64,000 nucleotides of DNA. Origin: a bacterium (GTDB taxonomy: Bacteria; UBA8248). The notes beneath the pieces are model-generated. The model was not told the origin of the DNA. It saw only the letters and a list, made by a program, of their open reading frames with translations, and searched no databases. The stretch spans positions 416,001-480,000 of the forward strand of contig CBDCRP010000002.1 in assembly GCA_965221165.1 (NCBI GenBank), in the 5' to 3' direction. A program made the translations under genes and the position numbers. Position 1 is the first letter of the stretch. Every line of letters starts with the position of its first letter. Below, in pieces: positions 8,728 to 18,637 of this stretch.

Positions 8728-9327
8728 TTAAGCCTGCGCAGTTCGGGAGAAGCGCACCACCTCCATCAGTTCATCGGGGCCTTCTGGTTCGACCGCATCG
8801 AGGCCGAGTGCCAGATTCAGCCGGTTGCTCATGTTCCGATACGAGGCGGAGCCGATGATGTCCAGCACGTTCTCATCGCTGAAGCCCGCCTCGCGCAGCG
8901 CGTCCAGATCCGCCTCGCTCATGGCGTAGTGGTCGAACGTGAGTTTTTCGGCAAAAGCGAGCATCGCCTTGTCCGCATCGTCGAGAACCGGAGAATTGTC
9001 CCTGTCCATCACCACGGTGGCCACGTCGGCCAATGTTACGTCGTCGCCGCTTTCAGCACGGAAAGCCTGGCCATGGTTCATCGTTCAGCCATAGCACCCG
9101 CCGATGGTGGCGACGTAGTAGGAGATCAACTCCTCGCGCCGTTGCCCAAGCGTCGAATTGCCGCCGTGAACGGCCATGTTCATCGTCTGGCGTCCGTTCA
9201 GGACCTTAGGGCGCCGCGCCATCGTGAGCAGCAGCTTGGGCACAGCGCCTCGGTTCGCCCTGATGCCCTCGAGAATCCCGCGCGCGGGTTCTTTCGCGTC
9301 ATTCAGCCTTAAAGGGGATATCCACAT
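8728..9327 (-). CDS. AhpD/peroxidase-related selenoprotein (CxxU), 199 aa, in-frame UGA at 9085-9087
   Basis: ORFs 9085-9327 and 8728-9081 are in frame. Read-through gives E..YV...GCYG-U-TMNH, the AhpD CxxC..H motif. The C-terminal half (KAMLAFAEKLT..LREAGFSDE..NMSNR) completes the fold. Confidence 0.88.
9047..9084 (-). promoter_or_regulatory. Candidate bacterial SECIS element
   Basis: mRNA after the UGA reads ACGAUGAACCAUGG-CC-AG-GCUUUC-CGUGCU-GAAAGC-GG. The apical loop starts 24 nt after the UGA, with G in loop position 2. Confidence 0.65.
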
Positions 9328-9352
9328 TCTCCGTTCTCCTCAAAAACCGATA

Positions 9353-10408
9353 TTATTCATTTGACCTCGCCGCACGCTCTTCCTGAAACGCGGGCATCAC
9401 CTCTTTTGCAAACCTCTCTATAGACCTAATCGCCTCGTCCTGGGCGATGCCGCGCAGCACGAAGATCATGATGTGATTCACTTTGAACTCCGCCTGGAGG
9501 CGCTTGAGGTCGGCGATCACCTTATCGGGCGGGCCGATGACGCCGCCTCCCTCGATGATCTGGCGAATGTCGACGTCGTAGCTCCAGTTGCGCTTGAGGG
9601 CTTCTTTCTCCTCGAGGGACATCTCGATGGAATTCACCGCGCTGCGGTAGGAGAGATACCACGATTCCGAGGGTTCTATTTGCTTCCAGGCGTGTTCGGG
9701 GTCGTCGCATACATGGACGTGGTGCGCCATGAGGGAGGGATAATCACTCGGGTCTCCACCGCGATTCCGTACGGTTTCCTGGAACAACGCCATTTTTTCG
9801 AGATACACGTCAGGCCCCTTGAAGGTGCCAGACGCCATGATGTTGAAACCCCTCTGGCCGGCGAAGACGTAGGTTTCGGGGCTCGTGCCGGCCAGCCAGA
9901 TGGGGGGACGCGGCTTCTGGATGGGTTTTGGGAAAATCTCGGCGTCGATGCAGCTGTAGTGCTTGCCGTGAAAGGTGAGGCATTCCCCCTCCAGAAGACG
10001 GGTCATCACCTCGAGGCCCTCCTGCATCTTCTCCCTGCTCTCGGAGGGTGAGATGTTGAAGCCCTGAAACTCCTTGGGCTGGGAGCCCCGTCCGACGCCC
10101 AACTCCAGGCGGCCGCCGCTCAGCACGTCGACGAGAGCGGCCTGTTCGGCCAGACGCACCGGGTTGTGGAAAGGCATGATGCAGATGGCGGTGCCGATTC
10201 TGATCTTTTTGGTTCGCTGCGCGATGGCGAGCGCGACCATCAGGGCGTCGGGGCACATGCCCACGCGGGAGAAGTGGTGCTCGGCCAGAAACACGGTGTC
10301 GAAGCCGAATTCGTCGGCCACCTCGCATTGTTCGATCAACTGATCGAACTCGTGCTGGTAGGTTTCTCCCTCCTGACAGGCGGGAATATAGAAAAGAGAG
10401 AATTTCAT
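9353..10408 (-). CDS. Luciferase-like (LLM) flavin-dependent oxidoreductase
   Basis: LAEHHFS, PVRLAEQAALVDVLSGGRLELGVGRG and PKPIQKPRPPIW motifs. Confidence 0.92.
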   Translation of the reverse strand: MKFSLFYIPACQEGETYQHEFDQLIEQCEVADEFGFDTVFLAEHHFSRVGMCPDALMVALAIAQRTKKIRIGTAICIMPFHNPVRLAEQAALVDVLSGGRLELGVGRGSQPKEFQGFNISPSESREKMQEGLEVMTRLLEGECLTFHGKHYSCIDAEIFPKPIQKPRPPIWLAGTSPETYVFAGQRGFNIMASGTFKGPDVYLEKMALFQETVRNRGGDPSDYPSLMAHHVHVCDDPEHAWKQIEPSESWYLSYRSAVNSIEMSLEEKEALKRNWSYDVDIRQIIEGGGVIGPPDKVIADLKRLQAEFKVNHIMIFVLRGIAQDEAIRSIERFAKEVMPAFQEERAARSNE

Positions 10409-10454
10409 CTTTCTGGTCTCCATCCCGTACATGAATACGTGTGCGCAGGACGGC

Positions 10455-10853
10455 TTAGGCGCCCATCGTGAATACCTTGTTCGCCCGGATGCGGTAGATG
10501 ACGCGCACCTGGCCCGCCTGACGGTTGGGATAGCTGTCCACGCCCAGATACTTGTTCGCCAGAGCGTCGATGTGCTCCTCCGCCCCGTTTTCGGTGATCT
10601 CCACCACCGTGCCCTGAATCCCCACATATTTATAGGGATTTTCCGGGTCGACGATGGCGATAGACACCTGCGGGCGGGCGCGCATGTTGAGGTCCTTCAA
10701 GCGGCCCTTGGCCGAATTGACCTCGATGATGTCGCCGTTGGCGCCGAACCATACGGGAGAGACCTGTGGGGAGCCGTCCTTGTTCTGGGTGCCCAGATAC
10801 AAGAGGGCCTTGGTGTCGAGAATGCCTGCATGAGAATCAGGTATCAGCGCCAT
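10455..10853 (-). CDS. PPOX-class (split beta-barrel) probable F420-dependent oxidoreductase
   Basis: DGSPQVSPVWF, GRLK..N..RPQV, D..NPYKYV.I.G and HIDALANKYLG, typical of the Rv1155-like family. Confidence 0.85.
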   Translation of the reverse strand: MALIPDSHAGILDTKALLYLGTQNKDGSPQVSPVWFGANGDIIEVNSAKGRLKDLNMRARPQVSIAIVDPENPYKYVGIQGTVVEITENGAEEHIDALANKYLGVDSYPNRQAGQVRVIYRIRANKVFTMGA

Positions 10854-10902
10854 TTTGGGTTCCTCATTTGAAAAAAGGCGGTCGATAACGCCCAGAATGC
10901 GA

Positions 10903-11883
10903 TCATACGCACTTGGGCAAAACCTCTTCGGTGAACATTCTGAGAGATTCGTCGAAATCCTGGTTCGGGGGGTCGATCATGATGCTCCTGACTCCGTAGG
11001 ATTCGATCTCCTGGATGCGATCGACGCACTGCTCGGGCATTCCCGTGATGGTGAAGCGATCCAGGATGTAATCGGTGATGAGGGGCACGTGCTTCGGGTC
11101 GCGCCAGTTGCTCACGTCGAAATTTTCCAGGAGATGCTGAATTTCGGGCTTGAACGCATCAGGCACCGAGTCGAGCGTCATACGGAAATTATGATGCGCC
11201 CGGTTCGCCACCCGCGCACGCACTTTCTCACGCGCGCGCACGCTGTCGGTATCCACGGAGACGACTGCGCCGAAAATAATGTCCATCTCGCCGAGAGAGG
11301 AGTCGCGAGCCGCTATTCCCTCGTTCAGGTACTTCATAACCCAGTCCACCGTCTCCTTGTAGACGCCCGAACCCACGATGACGCCGTCTGCGACTTCACC
11401 GGACATGGCGAGCGTTCTGGGGCCTTCGGCGGAGGTGTAGATGGGGATTTCGCGCGCGCACCACATGTTCACGTTCACGCCCTCGGCGTATTCCACCGTC
11501 TCGCCGCGCGTGAACGCGCGAATGGCCGCAATGGACTCGCGCATCCTGGCGAGCCTGGCCATCTTCTTGCCCAGCGTGTAGACGGGCGTATCGCCCGAGC
11601 CGATGCCGAACAGCACCCGGCCTCCCGAGAGTTCATCGAGCGTGGCGATGGCGCTCGCAGCGACGCTGTCGTCGTGCAGAACCGGATTCGTCACGCCTGG
11701 GCCGATTTTCACATGCGAGGTATTCTCTATCGCCAGAGCGAGCGCGATGTTGTGATCCCGGCAGGTGAGGTGGCTCTCCGCTATCCACACCTGCTCGAAG
11801 CCGTTGTCCTCGGCGTATTTCGAGCGCTCCGCCACGAGGCGGACGTCATCCGGCACCAAATGAAGACTAAAGGTCATACCCAC
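10903..11883 (-). CDS. LLM oxidoreductase, Mer (methylene-H4MPT reductase)-like
   Basis: IGPGVTNP, ASAIATLDELSGGRVLFGIGSGD and AEGPRTLAMSGEVADGV motifs. Confidence 0.88.
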   Translation of the reverse strand: MGMTFSLHLVPDDVRLVAERSKYAEDNGFEQVWIAESHLTCRDHNIALALAIENTSHVKIGPGVTNPVLHDDSVAASAIATLDELSGGRVLFGIGSGDTPVYTLGKKMARLARMRESIAAIRAFTRGETVEYAEGVNVNMWCAREIPIYTSAEGPRTLAMSGEVADGVIVGSGVYKETVDWVMKYLNEGIAARDSSLGEMDIIFGAVVSVDTDSVRAREKVRARVANRAHHNFRMTLDSVPDAFKPEIQHLLENFDVSNWRDPKHVPLITDYILDRFTITGMPEQCVDRIQEIESYGVRSIMIDPPNQDFDESLRMFTEEVLPKCV

Positions 11884-11923
11884 GAAAAAGCGCCTCCCAA
11901 ATTTTCAGAGAAAAAAGATGCTA

Positions 11924-12994
11924 TCAAGAGTGGTTTCCATTCGAAGCGACGGGCGCGGCGGCGTTCACCAGCGGCATGACGTCGTTGGCGAAGCTCTCGA
12001 GCGACCTCATCACCGAGGCGTGGTCCGGGCCGCGCCAGGGGGCCAGAATGACGTGATTCACCCCGTAATCATCGCGCAATCTGCAGATATCCTTGGCGAC
12101 GGCCTCGGGATCACCGATGATGCCGCCGCCGCTGATGATCTCCGCCACGTTCAATTCATAACTCCAGTTGCGCTTGAGGTGTTTTCCCTCTTCTTCGGGC
12201 ATTGCCACCTCGTTCACCCTCGCCCGGTATCGCAGATACTCGCCCTCGCCCTCTACCGTGAGATTGAAGTATTTATCCGCATCCTCCGCATCGCACACGT
12301 GGATGTGGTGAACCAAGGGCCTCTCGATTCCGGAGGGGTCGCGGCCTGATTTTCTGATGGCGTCCTCATACAGCCCGAACTTTTGCTTATAGACTTCCGG
12401 ACCCGTGAAGCCAGCAGAGGCCATCACCTTGAAGCCGTTTTCGCCCGCGTATGTGTATGTTTCGGGGCTCGTTCCCGCCAGCCAGATGGGTGGACGCGGT
12501 TTTTGCAGGGGTTTGGGGAAGATTTCGACATGCTCGCACTGATGGTGCCGGCCCTCAAACGTCACCTTCTCCCCTTCCAGAAGGCGGGAGAGAATGTGAA
12601 GTCCCTCTTTTAGGCGCTCGCGGCTCTCGGAGGGCCTTGCGCCGAACCCCTGAAACTCCTTGGGCTGGGAGCCGCGCCCCACCCCCAACTCGAACCTACC
12701 TCCGCTAATGAGATCGACCATGGCGGCCTGCTCGGCCAAGCGGATGGGATCGTGAAACGACATGATGGAAATGGCCGTGCCCACATGTATTTTTTGCGTC
12801 TTCTGGGCCACGGCGGCACATACGAGCAGGGGGTCGGGGATCATCCCGACCCGGGAGAAGTGATGCTCGGCGTACCAGACGCACGAGTAGCCCAACTCAT
12901 CCGCCAGAATGCTCTCAACGATCATATCCTCATGAACCTGGGATTCGGTCATATCTTCGGGACGATACAGGATGTAGAACAAGGAAAAATCCAT
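11924..12994 (-). CDS. LLM flavin-dependent oxidoreductase (paralog of 9353-10408)
   Basis: AEHHFSRVGM.PD, GRGSQPKEFQGF and PPIWLAGTSPETY are shared with the paralog. Confidence 0.92.
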   Translation of the reverse strand: MDFSLFYILYRPEDMTESQVHEDMIVESILADELGYSCVWYAEHHFSRVGMIPDPLLVCAAVAQKTQKIHVGTAISIMSFHDPIRLAEQAAMVDLISGGRFELGVGRGSQPKEFQGFGARPSESRERLKEGLHILSRLLEGEKVTFEGRHHQCEHVEIFPKPLQKPRPPIWLAGTSPETYTYAGENGFKVMASAGFTGPEVYKQKFGLYEDAIRKSGRDPSGIERPLVHHIHVCDAEDADKYFNLTVEGEGEYLRYRARVNEVAMPEEEGKHLKRNWSYELNVAEIISGGGIIGDPEAVAKDICRLRDDYGVNHVILAPWRGPDHASVMRSLESFANDVMPLVNAAAPVASNGNHS

Positions 12995-13259
12995 TCAAAA
13001 CCCTCGATTTCAGTGCGCCGGGCCCGTCATTGACGGCTCCCTCTCATACATCGAAAAGGGCGTCTGACGCCATGATGATGATACGAGCCTATGAGATTTC
13101 CCGTACTCAAGGTTGGCGGTTATAATGCCGATATAATCGCAACGGCGTCAAGGTTCAGCGCCATGTTTGCGGATTTCTCGCGATGAGCCATCCGCGTCTT
13201 CGAGAGACGCTTTCAGCCTCATTTCGCCTAGCGTAATAGTTCTTTTTAACGGGGTCATT

Positions 13260-14018
13260 TTGAGTCCTCTGGTATTCATTCTGGTTTTTTGCGCCGCATT
13301 CGTCGGTTCGGGCTTAAAGGCGGTGGGCGGATTCGGTTTCGCCACCCTGACGACGCCCACAGTGGCCATTTTCTGGGACGTGCCGACGGCCATCGCCGTC
13401 ATTTCCATCCCCACCCTGTGCACGAGCCTCATGAACGCCTGGCGAACGCGCGAGGCCGTTCACGAAGGCCTTAGGCCCTTCATTCCCTTTTTCTCGATGA
13501 GCCTGGTGGGCCTGGCCGTCGGCCTGACGATTCTCCTGAACACGGACCCGCGCCTGATGAAATTCATCCTGGGCGCTTTTTTGATCTGCCAGATCGTCTG
13601 GCAATGGCTACAGAGCGAAAAACCCGCGCCCGAGGATTCCCTCAAACGCTCCCTGGGCATGGGAGCGGTCGCCGGGCTGATGCTGGGCACCATCAACATT
13701 CCCTCCCACGTCATCGCCTCCTACCTCACGGGAATGAACATCTCAAAAGAGCGCTACCTCTTCGTGCTGAGCGCCAGCCAGGTCGTGCTCAGGGTCGCGG
13801 CCATCGCCTCCATTGCGGCCGCGGGCTACATCGGCGAGACGGCCCTGTGGCTCATCCTCGTCCTGACGACGCCCGTGCTGCTCGGCTTTTTCGTGGGCAC
13901 GAAGATTTACAACATTTTTACGGATCAGCTGTTCTTCCGAATCGTCACGGTCATTTTGTTCATCATGGGCGCTCTCCTCGTGGTGATGAACTTCGAGGGG
14001 CTCGCCGTCTTTTTTTGA
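13260..14018 (+). CDS. TauE/SafE (TSUP) family membrane exporter
   Basis: About 8 TM segments and N-terminal GSGLKAVGGFGF..P motif. Start uncertain. Confidence 0.8.
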   Translation: MSPLVFILVFCAAFVGSGLKAVGGFGFATLTTPTVAIFWDVPTAIAVISIPTLCTSLMNAWRTREAVHEGLRPFIPFFSMSLVGLAVGLTILLNTDPRLMKFILGAFLICQIVWQWLQSEKPAPEDSLKRSLGMGAVAGLMLGTINIPSHVIASYLTGMNISKERYLFVLSASQVVLRVAAIASIAAAGYIGETALWLILVLTTPVLLGFFVGTKIYNIFTDQLFFRIVTVILFIMGALLVVMNFEGLAVFF

Positions 14019-14162
14019 TTTTGCCGAAATGAATCGCGGAGCCTTACGGAATTGACGGGGCGGATCATCTGCGTTATTTTCTGGAATCGTCTCAAATAAT
14101 TGCAAAAAATTGATGAAAGGCGTGACTACGCTCAATCGGATATTTCAGAAGGGCCGAATAAA

Positions 14163-14915
14163 ATGCCAGTGAAAGTAAGCATCAAGAATCTCCACATGGA
14201 ATACTACTTGAAAGACAGAAGGGTTCACGCCTTAAAGGATATCAACCTCGATATCCAGGACGGGGAGTTCGTCTGCGTCGTGGGGCTATCCGGATGCGGA
14301 AAGACCACGCTCCTGAACATCCTGGCCGGATTCCTGAACCATACGGCAGGCTCCATCCTGCTTGACGGCAATCCCATTTCGGCTGCGGGCCGCATGAACC
14401 GGGGCGTCGTGTTTCAGGAATACGCCCTCTTCCCGTGGCGCACCGCTCTCAGGAACGTCGAGTTCGGCCTGGAGATGAAAGGTCTCAGCAAGGAGGAGCG
14501 CACGAAAAAAGCGCAGGAATATCTCGAACTCGTCCACCTCGAGAAGTTCACCCACCTGTTTCCCCACAACCTCTCGGGCGGTATGAAACAGCGCGTCGCC
14601 GTGGCGAGGGCGTACGCCTACGAGCCCCAGTTCATGCTGATGGACGAGCCCTTCGGCGCACTCGACGCGCAGACGCGCGAGAACCTACAGTCGCTGACGG
14701 TCGAGGTTTGGGAGAAAACGAAAAAGACCATCTTCTACGTCACGCACAACCTGAGCGAAGCGGTCTATCTCGCCGACAGAATCATCGTTCTCGCGGGCCA
14801 GCCGGGAGTAATCCATAAAGAGATAATCGTGGACGTGGCGCGCCCCCGGGATCCGTTCGACCCCAGGGTGATAGAACTCGAACACATGGCGACCGAGGCG
14901 GTGCGCGGCAACTAG
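14163..14915 (+). CDS. NitT/TauT family ABC transporter ATPase
   Basis: GLSGCGKTT, VFQEYALFPWRT, LSGGMKQR and MDEPFGALDAQTR motifs. Confidence 0.92.
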   Translation: MPVKVSIKNLHMEYYLKDRRVHALKDINLDIQDGEFVCVVGLSGCGKTTLLNILAGFLNHTAGSILLDGNPISAAGRMNRGVVFQEYALFPWRTALRNVEFGLEMKGLSKEERTKKAQEYLELVHLEKFTHLFPHNLSGGMKQRVAVARAYAYEPQFMLMDEPFGALDAQTRENLQSLTVEVWEKTKKTIFYVTHNLSEAVYLADRIIVLAGQPGVIHKEIIVDVARPRDPFDPRVIELEHMATEAVRGN

Positions 14916-14944
14916 CCTCGCCTCCGCGTCAGAATCACAAACAA

Positions 14945-14974
14945 AAAGGCCGGCCCCCAAGAGGTCCGGCCTTT
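14945..14974. terminator. Bidirectional terminator between convergent ABC genes
   Basis: AAAGGCCGG..CCGGCCTTT stem flanked by A and T runs. Confidence 0.75.
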
Positions 14975-14998
14975 CTTATGGCCTGTGGATTTTATCCG

Positions 14999-15868
14999 TT
15001 ATTGGCGCTGCCCGCCGACCTCTTCCATCATGCCCCACTTGACGACGGTCACTTTTTCGAATTTCTCAAAGATGAATTTCTCCATCACGAACCCGACCAG
15101 GGCGATGGCCGCGATTCCGACCAGCATGAAGGCCGTATCGAGGTCTTCGCGGCTGTCGAAGATGGCGTAGCCCAACCCCCAGTCACTCGCGGCCACCATC
15201 TCTCCGGCGATGCCAGCGCGCCATGCGCGCGCCAAGCCGATGCGGATGCCCGAGAGAATGAACGGCAGCGAACCCGGGAAAATAACTTTCCAGAACAGGG
15301 TCATCCCTTCCGCGTTCATCGACTGCGCCGCGCGTATCCAGATCGGGTTGATGGTCTTCACCCCCGTCCACGTCGAAGAGATGGCCGGAAGCGCAGCGGC
15401 GAACGCGGTGATGAAAATCATGGTCGTGTTGCCGAGGCCGAACCACAGGACGAGAATCGGGCTCCAGGCCAGGGCCGGGATGGGCAGCAACATGCTCAGG
15501 ATGGGGATCATGAACTTCTCGAACCAGCCGATGCGGCCCATGGCGATGCCGATGGCTATCCCCACGAAGCCGGCGATGAGCATTCCTATCATGATCCGCC
15601 AGGCGGTGTGGTAGGAGTGCACGCAAAGCACACACGTAGTCTCACCGGACTTCAGGAAAGTGACCTCGTAAAAACGGTGGACAATGGGAAATACGCGCGG
15701 AAACAGCGCAGGTTCATTCACGTACCAGGCGATGCACTCCCATATTACGAGCACCGCGATGAAGCTCGGGACGTTGTCCTTGAGCCACATCCAAATTCTT
15801 TCTTGCCTGGTGTATTCGGTAGGTAGTTTTACGTCATCCCTTCTGATTTCATCTGTTGCCGTGGCCAT
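14999..15868 (-). CDS. NitT/TauT family ABC transporter permease
   Basis: PIPALAWSP..LWFGLG, AAQSMNA (EAA-loop), PGSLPFILSGIRIG and AGEMVAA..GLG motifs. Confidence 0.9.
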   Translation of the reverse strand: MATATDEIRRDDVKLPTEYTRQERIWMWLKDNVPSFIAVLVIWECIAWYVNEPALFPRVFPIVHRFYEVTFLKSGETTCVLCVHSYHTAWRIMIGMLIAGFVGIAIGIAMGRIGWFEKFMIPILSMLLPIPALAWSPILVLWFGLGNTTMIFITAFAAALPAISSTWTGVKTINPIWIRAAQSMNAEGMTLFWKVIFPGSLPFILSGIRIGLARAWRAGIAGEMVAASDWGLGYAIFDSREDLDTAFMLVGIAAIALVGFVMEKFIFEKFEKVTVVKWGMMEEVGGQRQ

Positions 15869-16098
15869 CAAACAGCCTCCCAAATCATGCGAATTTCAAA
15901 ACATTTCATATGCAATGCGCGTATAGTTGAAGCTATGAAATCATCCCGTCTATTCTGTGTGGTTCATTGCGGCCTTCGTCCGATATGCGCCCATTCTGGC
16001 AAAAATAGTATTTCAAGTCAAAATCTTCGGGCGAAGACTCGCGCGTTTTCAAATCATGAAATTGCGTGCGAGATTGTCGTCTCTCCTGATTGCCCGGG

Positions 16099-16545
16099 TT
16101 AATTTTCGCTTGACTCGGAACCTTGTTCGGCAATATCCCGAAACCGGGCGGCCACGCTCTCGTTCGCGCCCTCGCCGATATATGCGCCGTAGGCCGAATC
16201 ATCCTCGGCGACTCCCTCGATCTGCCAGGCCGTGTCCTTCGCCACGATGAAAATGACGTCCTCATCGTCCGTGGCCACCATGCTGTGGAGCGAATTCGCC
16301 GGTATGTGGATAATTCCCCCCGCACCGACCGTTTTCCGCTCGCCGTCGATCATCGCTTTCAGGCTGCCTTGCTGCACGAGAATGAACTGCTCGTTGGGGT
16401 GGCGATGCGGTCTGCTGCCCGTGCCTGCGGGCTTGTTGATTATGCCGAATATTACGCGCTCGCCATCGACCCACACGCCCTTGGAGGTGCTGTAGCTCGC
16501 CCCCGCCAGTTTTTGCTCCATCGTCTCGGGATCATAAAAAGGCAT
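16099..16545 (-). CDS. Cupin domain protein
   Basis: HRHPNEQ..G and IHIPANSLH metal-binding motifs. Confidence 0.85.
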   Translation of the reverse strand: MPFYDPETMEQKLAGASYSTSKGVWVDGERVIFGIINKPAGTGSRPHRHPNEQFILVQQGSLKAMIDGERKTVGAGGIIHIPANSLHSMVATDDEDVIFIVAKDTAWQIEGVAEDDSAYGAYIGEGANESVAARFRDIAEQGSESSEN

Positions 16546-16613
16546 TTTCTTGCATTTCCTCCAATCGGTTGCTCAAAGACCCACAAACAAATTTCGCGCT
16601 CCCGCGCGGTTGA

Positions 16614-17639
16614 TCATATTTCCCGATATTCCGTGGCGACGGCGAACCCCTTGTTTCCCACCTCGAACGGCCCGCTGCACCTGCTGAAGAAAAGCACGCC
16701 ATCGGCAGGGCTACGCAACTCCTCCACTACTTCCAGGCTGAAAGGGTCCAGCATCTCGCCCAATAATTCTCCTTCGCTCACCTTGGCGCCCAGATCGGAG
16801 AAGTGTGTTTTTCGCGAGATGAGATATCCTCCATTCGATGGATTCGCCTCGGCGCGATGGGCGAAATCGAAATAAGTGATTCTCTCTCTCTTTTCTTCTC
16901 CCGCCATCATCCCGAGATGAACCAGGAGGTTCAAAAAGCCTTGCTCCAGGTCGCCGCGATAGAGATTCTCCTCGCATTCGGGCAGGTAAGCGCCGCCAAT
17001 TTCCACGCTGATTGCGGGTATCTTCTGCGTGAGCGCATAGCCCGAAGCGCTCGATTTACTGAAAGGCACGCCATGAACCAGCGCAGCACCCCCGCTGGCG
17101 AAAGCGATCGCCATCTCCCGCGATTTTTCGCCGAGCGGACCTTCGACGTTCGGGTCCATATCGACGCGCCTTTGAATTCTCCCCGCCGTCCCGCCGGAAT
17201 GAAATTCCACGAGATAATCCGCATTCTCAATCAGGATTTCACGAATCTTGTACGCATAGCGCTGCGTCAGCGTCCCTTTGGCGGAACCCGGAAAAGCGCC
17301 CCAAAGATTCGTCTGCTCGTGCTGATCCGGGGATTGGCGCGAGAAATTCGCGAACGCGAACGGATTCGCCACCGGAACGAGAAGCAACGCGCCGCTGAAA
17401 TCCCGCCGATCGATTTGGGCCAGAACGTTCTGAAACGCGCGAATCGGCTGCGGCTCATCCCCGTGGACGCACGCCAGAACGGAAAGGGTGGGCCCTGGCT
17501 TCTCCCCTCTCAAACAATGAAGGGGCAACCCCGTATCGGAGCCGGTGAGCATGTGCGCCACGGGGATTTTGACGTATTCATACGCTCCCGGCGCCACCTC
17601 CGTGCCTCCGACTTCCCATGAATCTCGGCTCACTCTCAA
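16614..17639 (-). CDS. Succinylglutamate desuccinylase/aspartoacylase (M14) family
   Basis: GPTL...HGDE, VPVANP, FPG...GT.T, EFHSGG and VEIGG motifs, with a C-terminal biotinyl-like domain. Confidence 0.85.
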   Translation of the reverse strand: MRVSRDSWEVGGTEVAPGAYEYVKIPVAHMLTGSDTGLPLHCLRGEKPGPTLSVLACVHGDEPQPIRAFQNVLAQIDRRDFSGALLLVPVANPFAFANFSRQSPDQHEQTNLWGAFPGSAKGTLTQRYAYKIREILIENADYLVEFHSGGTAGRIQRRVDMDPNVEGPLGEKSREMAIAFASGGAALVHGVPFSKSSASGYALTQKIPAISVEIGGAYLPECEENLYRGDLEQGFLNLLVHLGMMAGEEKRERITYFDFAHRAEANPSNGGYLISRKTHFSDLGAKVSEGELLGEMLDPFSLEVVEELRSPADGVLFFSRCSGPFEVGNKGFAVATEYREI

Positions 17640-18637
17640 TGTCCCCTAATATCGGAAACCTCGACCACGCGCCCGCTCTTGGCACTCTTGACAATAGACT
17701 CCAGAACGGCCACGACTTCCCTCGCGGCCTTGCCGTCCGTCTCGGGCGTGGCCGCACCCCGAATACATTTTCCAAATTCCTGTATTTCTTCTGCGAGCGC
17801 ATCGCCTCCGTCCACGGACAACTCGCTCCTTTGGTTTTCATCCTTTTTCTGGAGAAACAGCCGCTCCCCCTCGTCTTCGCTCCATGCGGACGCCTCCGTG
17901 CCATGGGCCGACGTCGTGCATTGCTTGGGCGTAACGTAACAGGTGGTGATATACCCGAGCGGGCCGCTCTCATATTCGAGAACGATGTTCGTCACGTCAT
18001 CGAGATGGCCCGCGGCGAACAGTTGCTTGCTGAATGCGCTCACCCGCTTCACCGGGCCGGCCAGGTATTGGAGATTGTCCACCATGTGCACGCCCAGCCC
18101 CGTCATTCCCCCCGCCGGGCATTCCGCCGGGTCATTTCTCCAGCCGCTTCTGGGGTTCTGGCCGTTGGGATTGGAAAGGTTCGCCTCCAGAACGTGGATC
18201 ATCCCCAGTGCGCTCTCTTCTATCATCGCCTTTATTTTACGGTTCGCTCCCTGCCGCCTTCTGTGGTGTCCCACCAGGAGCGTAACGCCTGCTTTTTCGG
18301 TTGCGTCGATACACTTGTCCGCATCGGCCACCGTCAAGGTGAGCGGCTTTTCGACGAACACGTGTTTCCCTGCGGATGCGGCTTGGGCAATCAAATCCGT
18401 ATGCGTGGAATGGGGCGTAGCGATGAGGATTCCCTCCACCTCGCTGTCTTTCAAGACTTCTTCAAAAGACGCCGCCGGGCGGCACCCGAATTTCTCAGCG
18501 AATTCCCCGCGCGCCGATTCGGTTCTCGTGAAACACCGAACGATTTCCACGTTCCCCGCTCTTTTCGCGGCATTCGCCAGCATGGATCCCCAGTTGGCCA
18601 AGCCGATGGACGCCAATCGAACTTTCTCACCCGCCAT
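17636..18637 (-). CDS. Gfo/Idh/MocA oxidoreductase
   Basis: ATPHSTH, GKHVFVEKP, GHHRR and GVHMVD motifs. Confidence 0.9.
   Translation of the reverse strand: MAGEKVRLASIGLANWGSMLANAAKRAGNVEIVRCFTRTESARGEFAEKFGCRPAASFEEVLKDSEVEGILIATPHSTHTDLIAQAASAGKHVFVEKPLTLTVADADKCIDATEKAGVTLLVGHHRRRQGANRKIKAMIEESALGMIHVLEANLSNPNGQNPRSGWRNDPAECPAGGMTGLGVHMVDNLQYLAGPVKRVSAFSKQLFAAGHLDDVTNIVLEYESGPLGYITTCYVTPKQCTTSAHGTEASAWSEDEGERLFLQKKDENQRSELSVDGGDALAEEIQEFGKCIRGAATPETDGKAAREVVAVLESIVKSAKSGRVVEVSDIRGH

Noticed and set aside
9085-9087. Genome-wide UGA reassignment to Trp or Gly as the explanation for the split genes
   Set aside because: Many intact genes here end in TGA at their expected termini, and both internal UGAs align with catalytic Cys.
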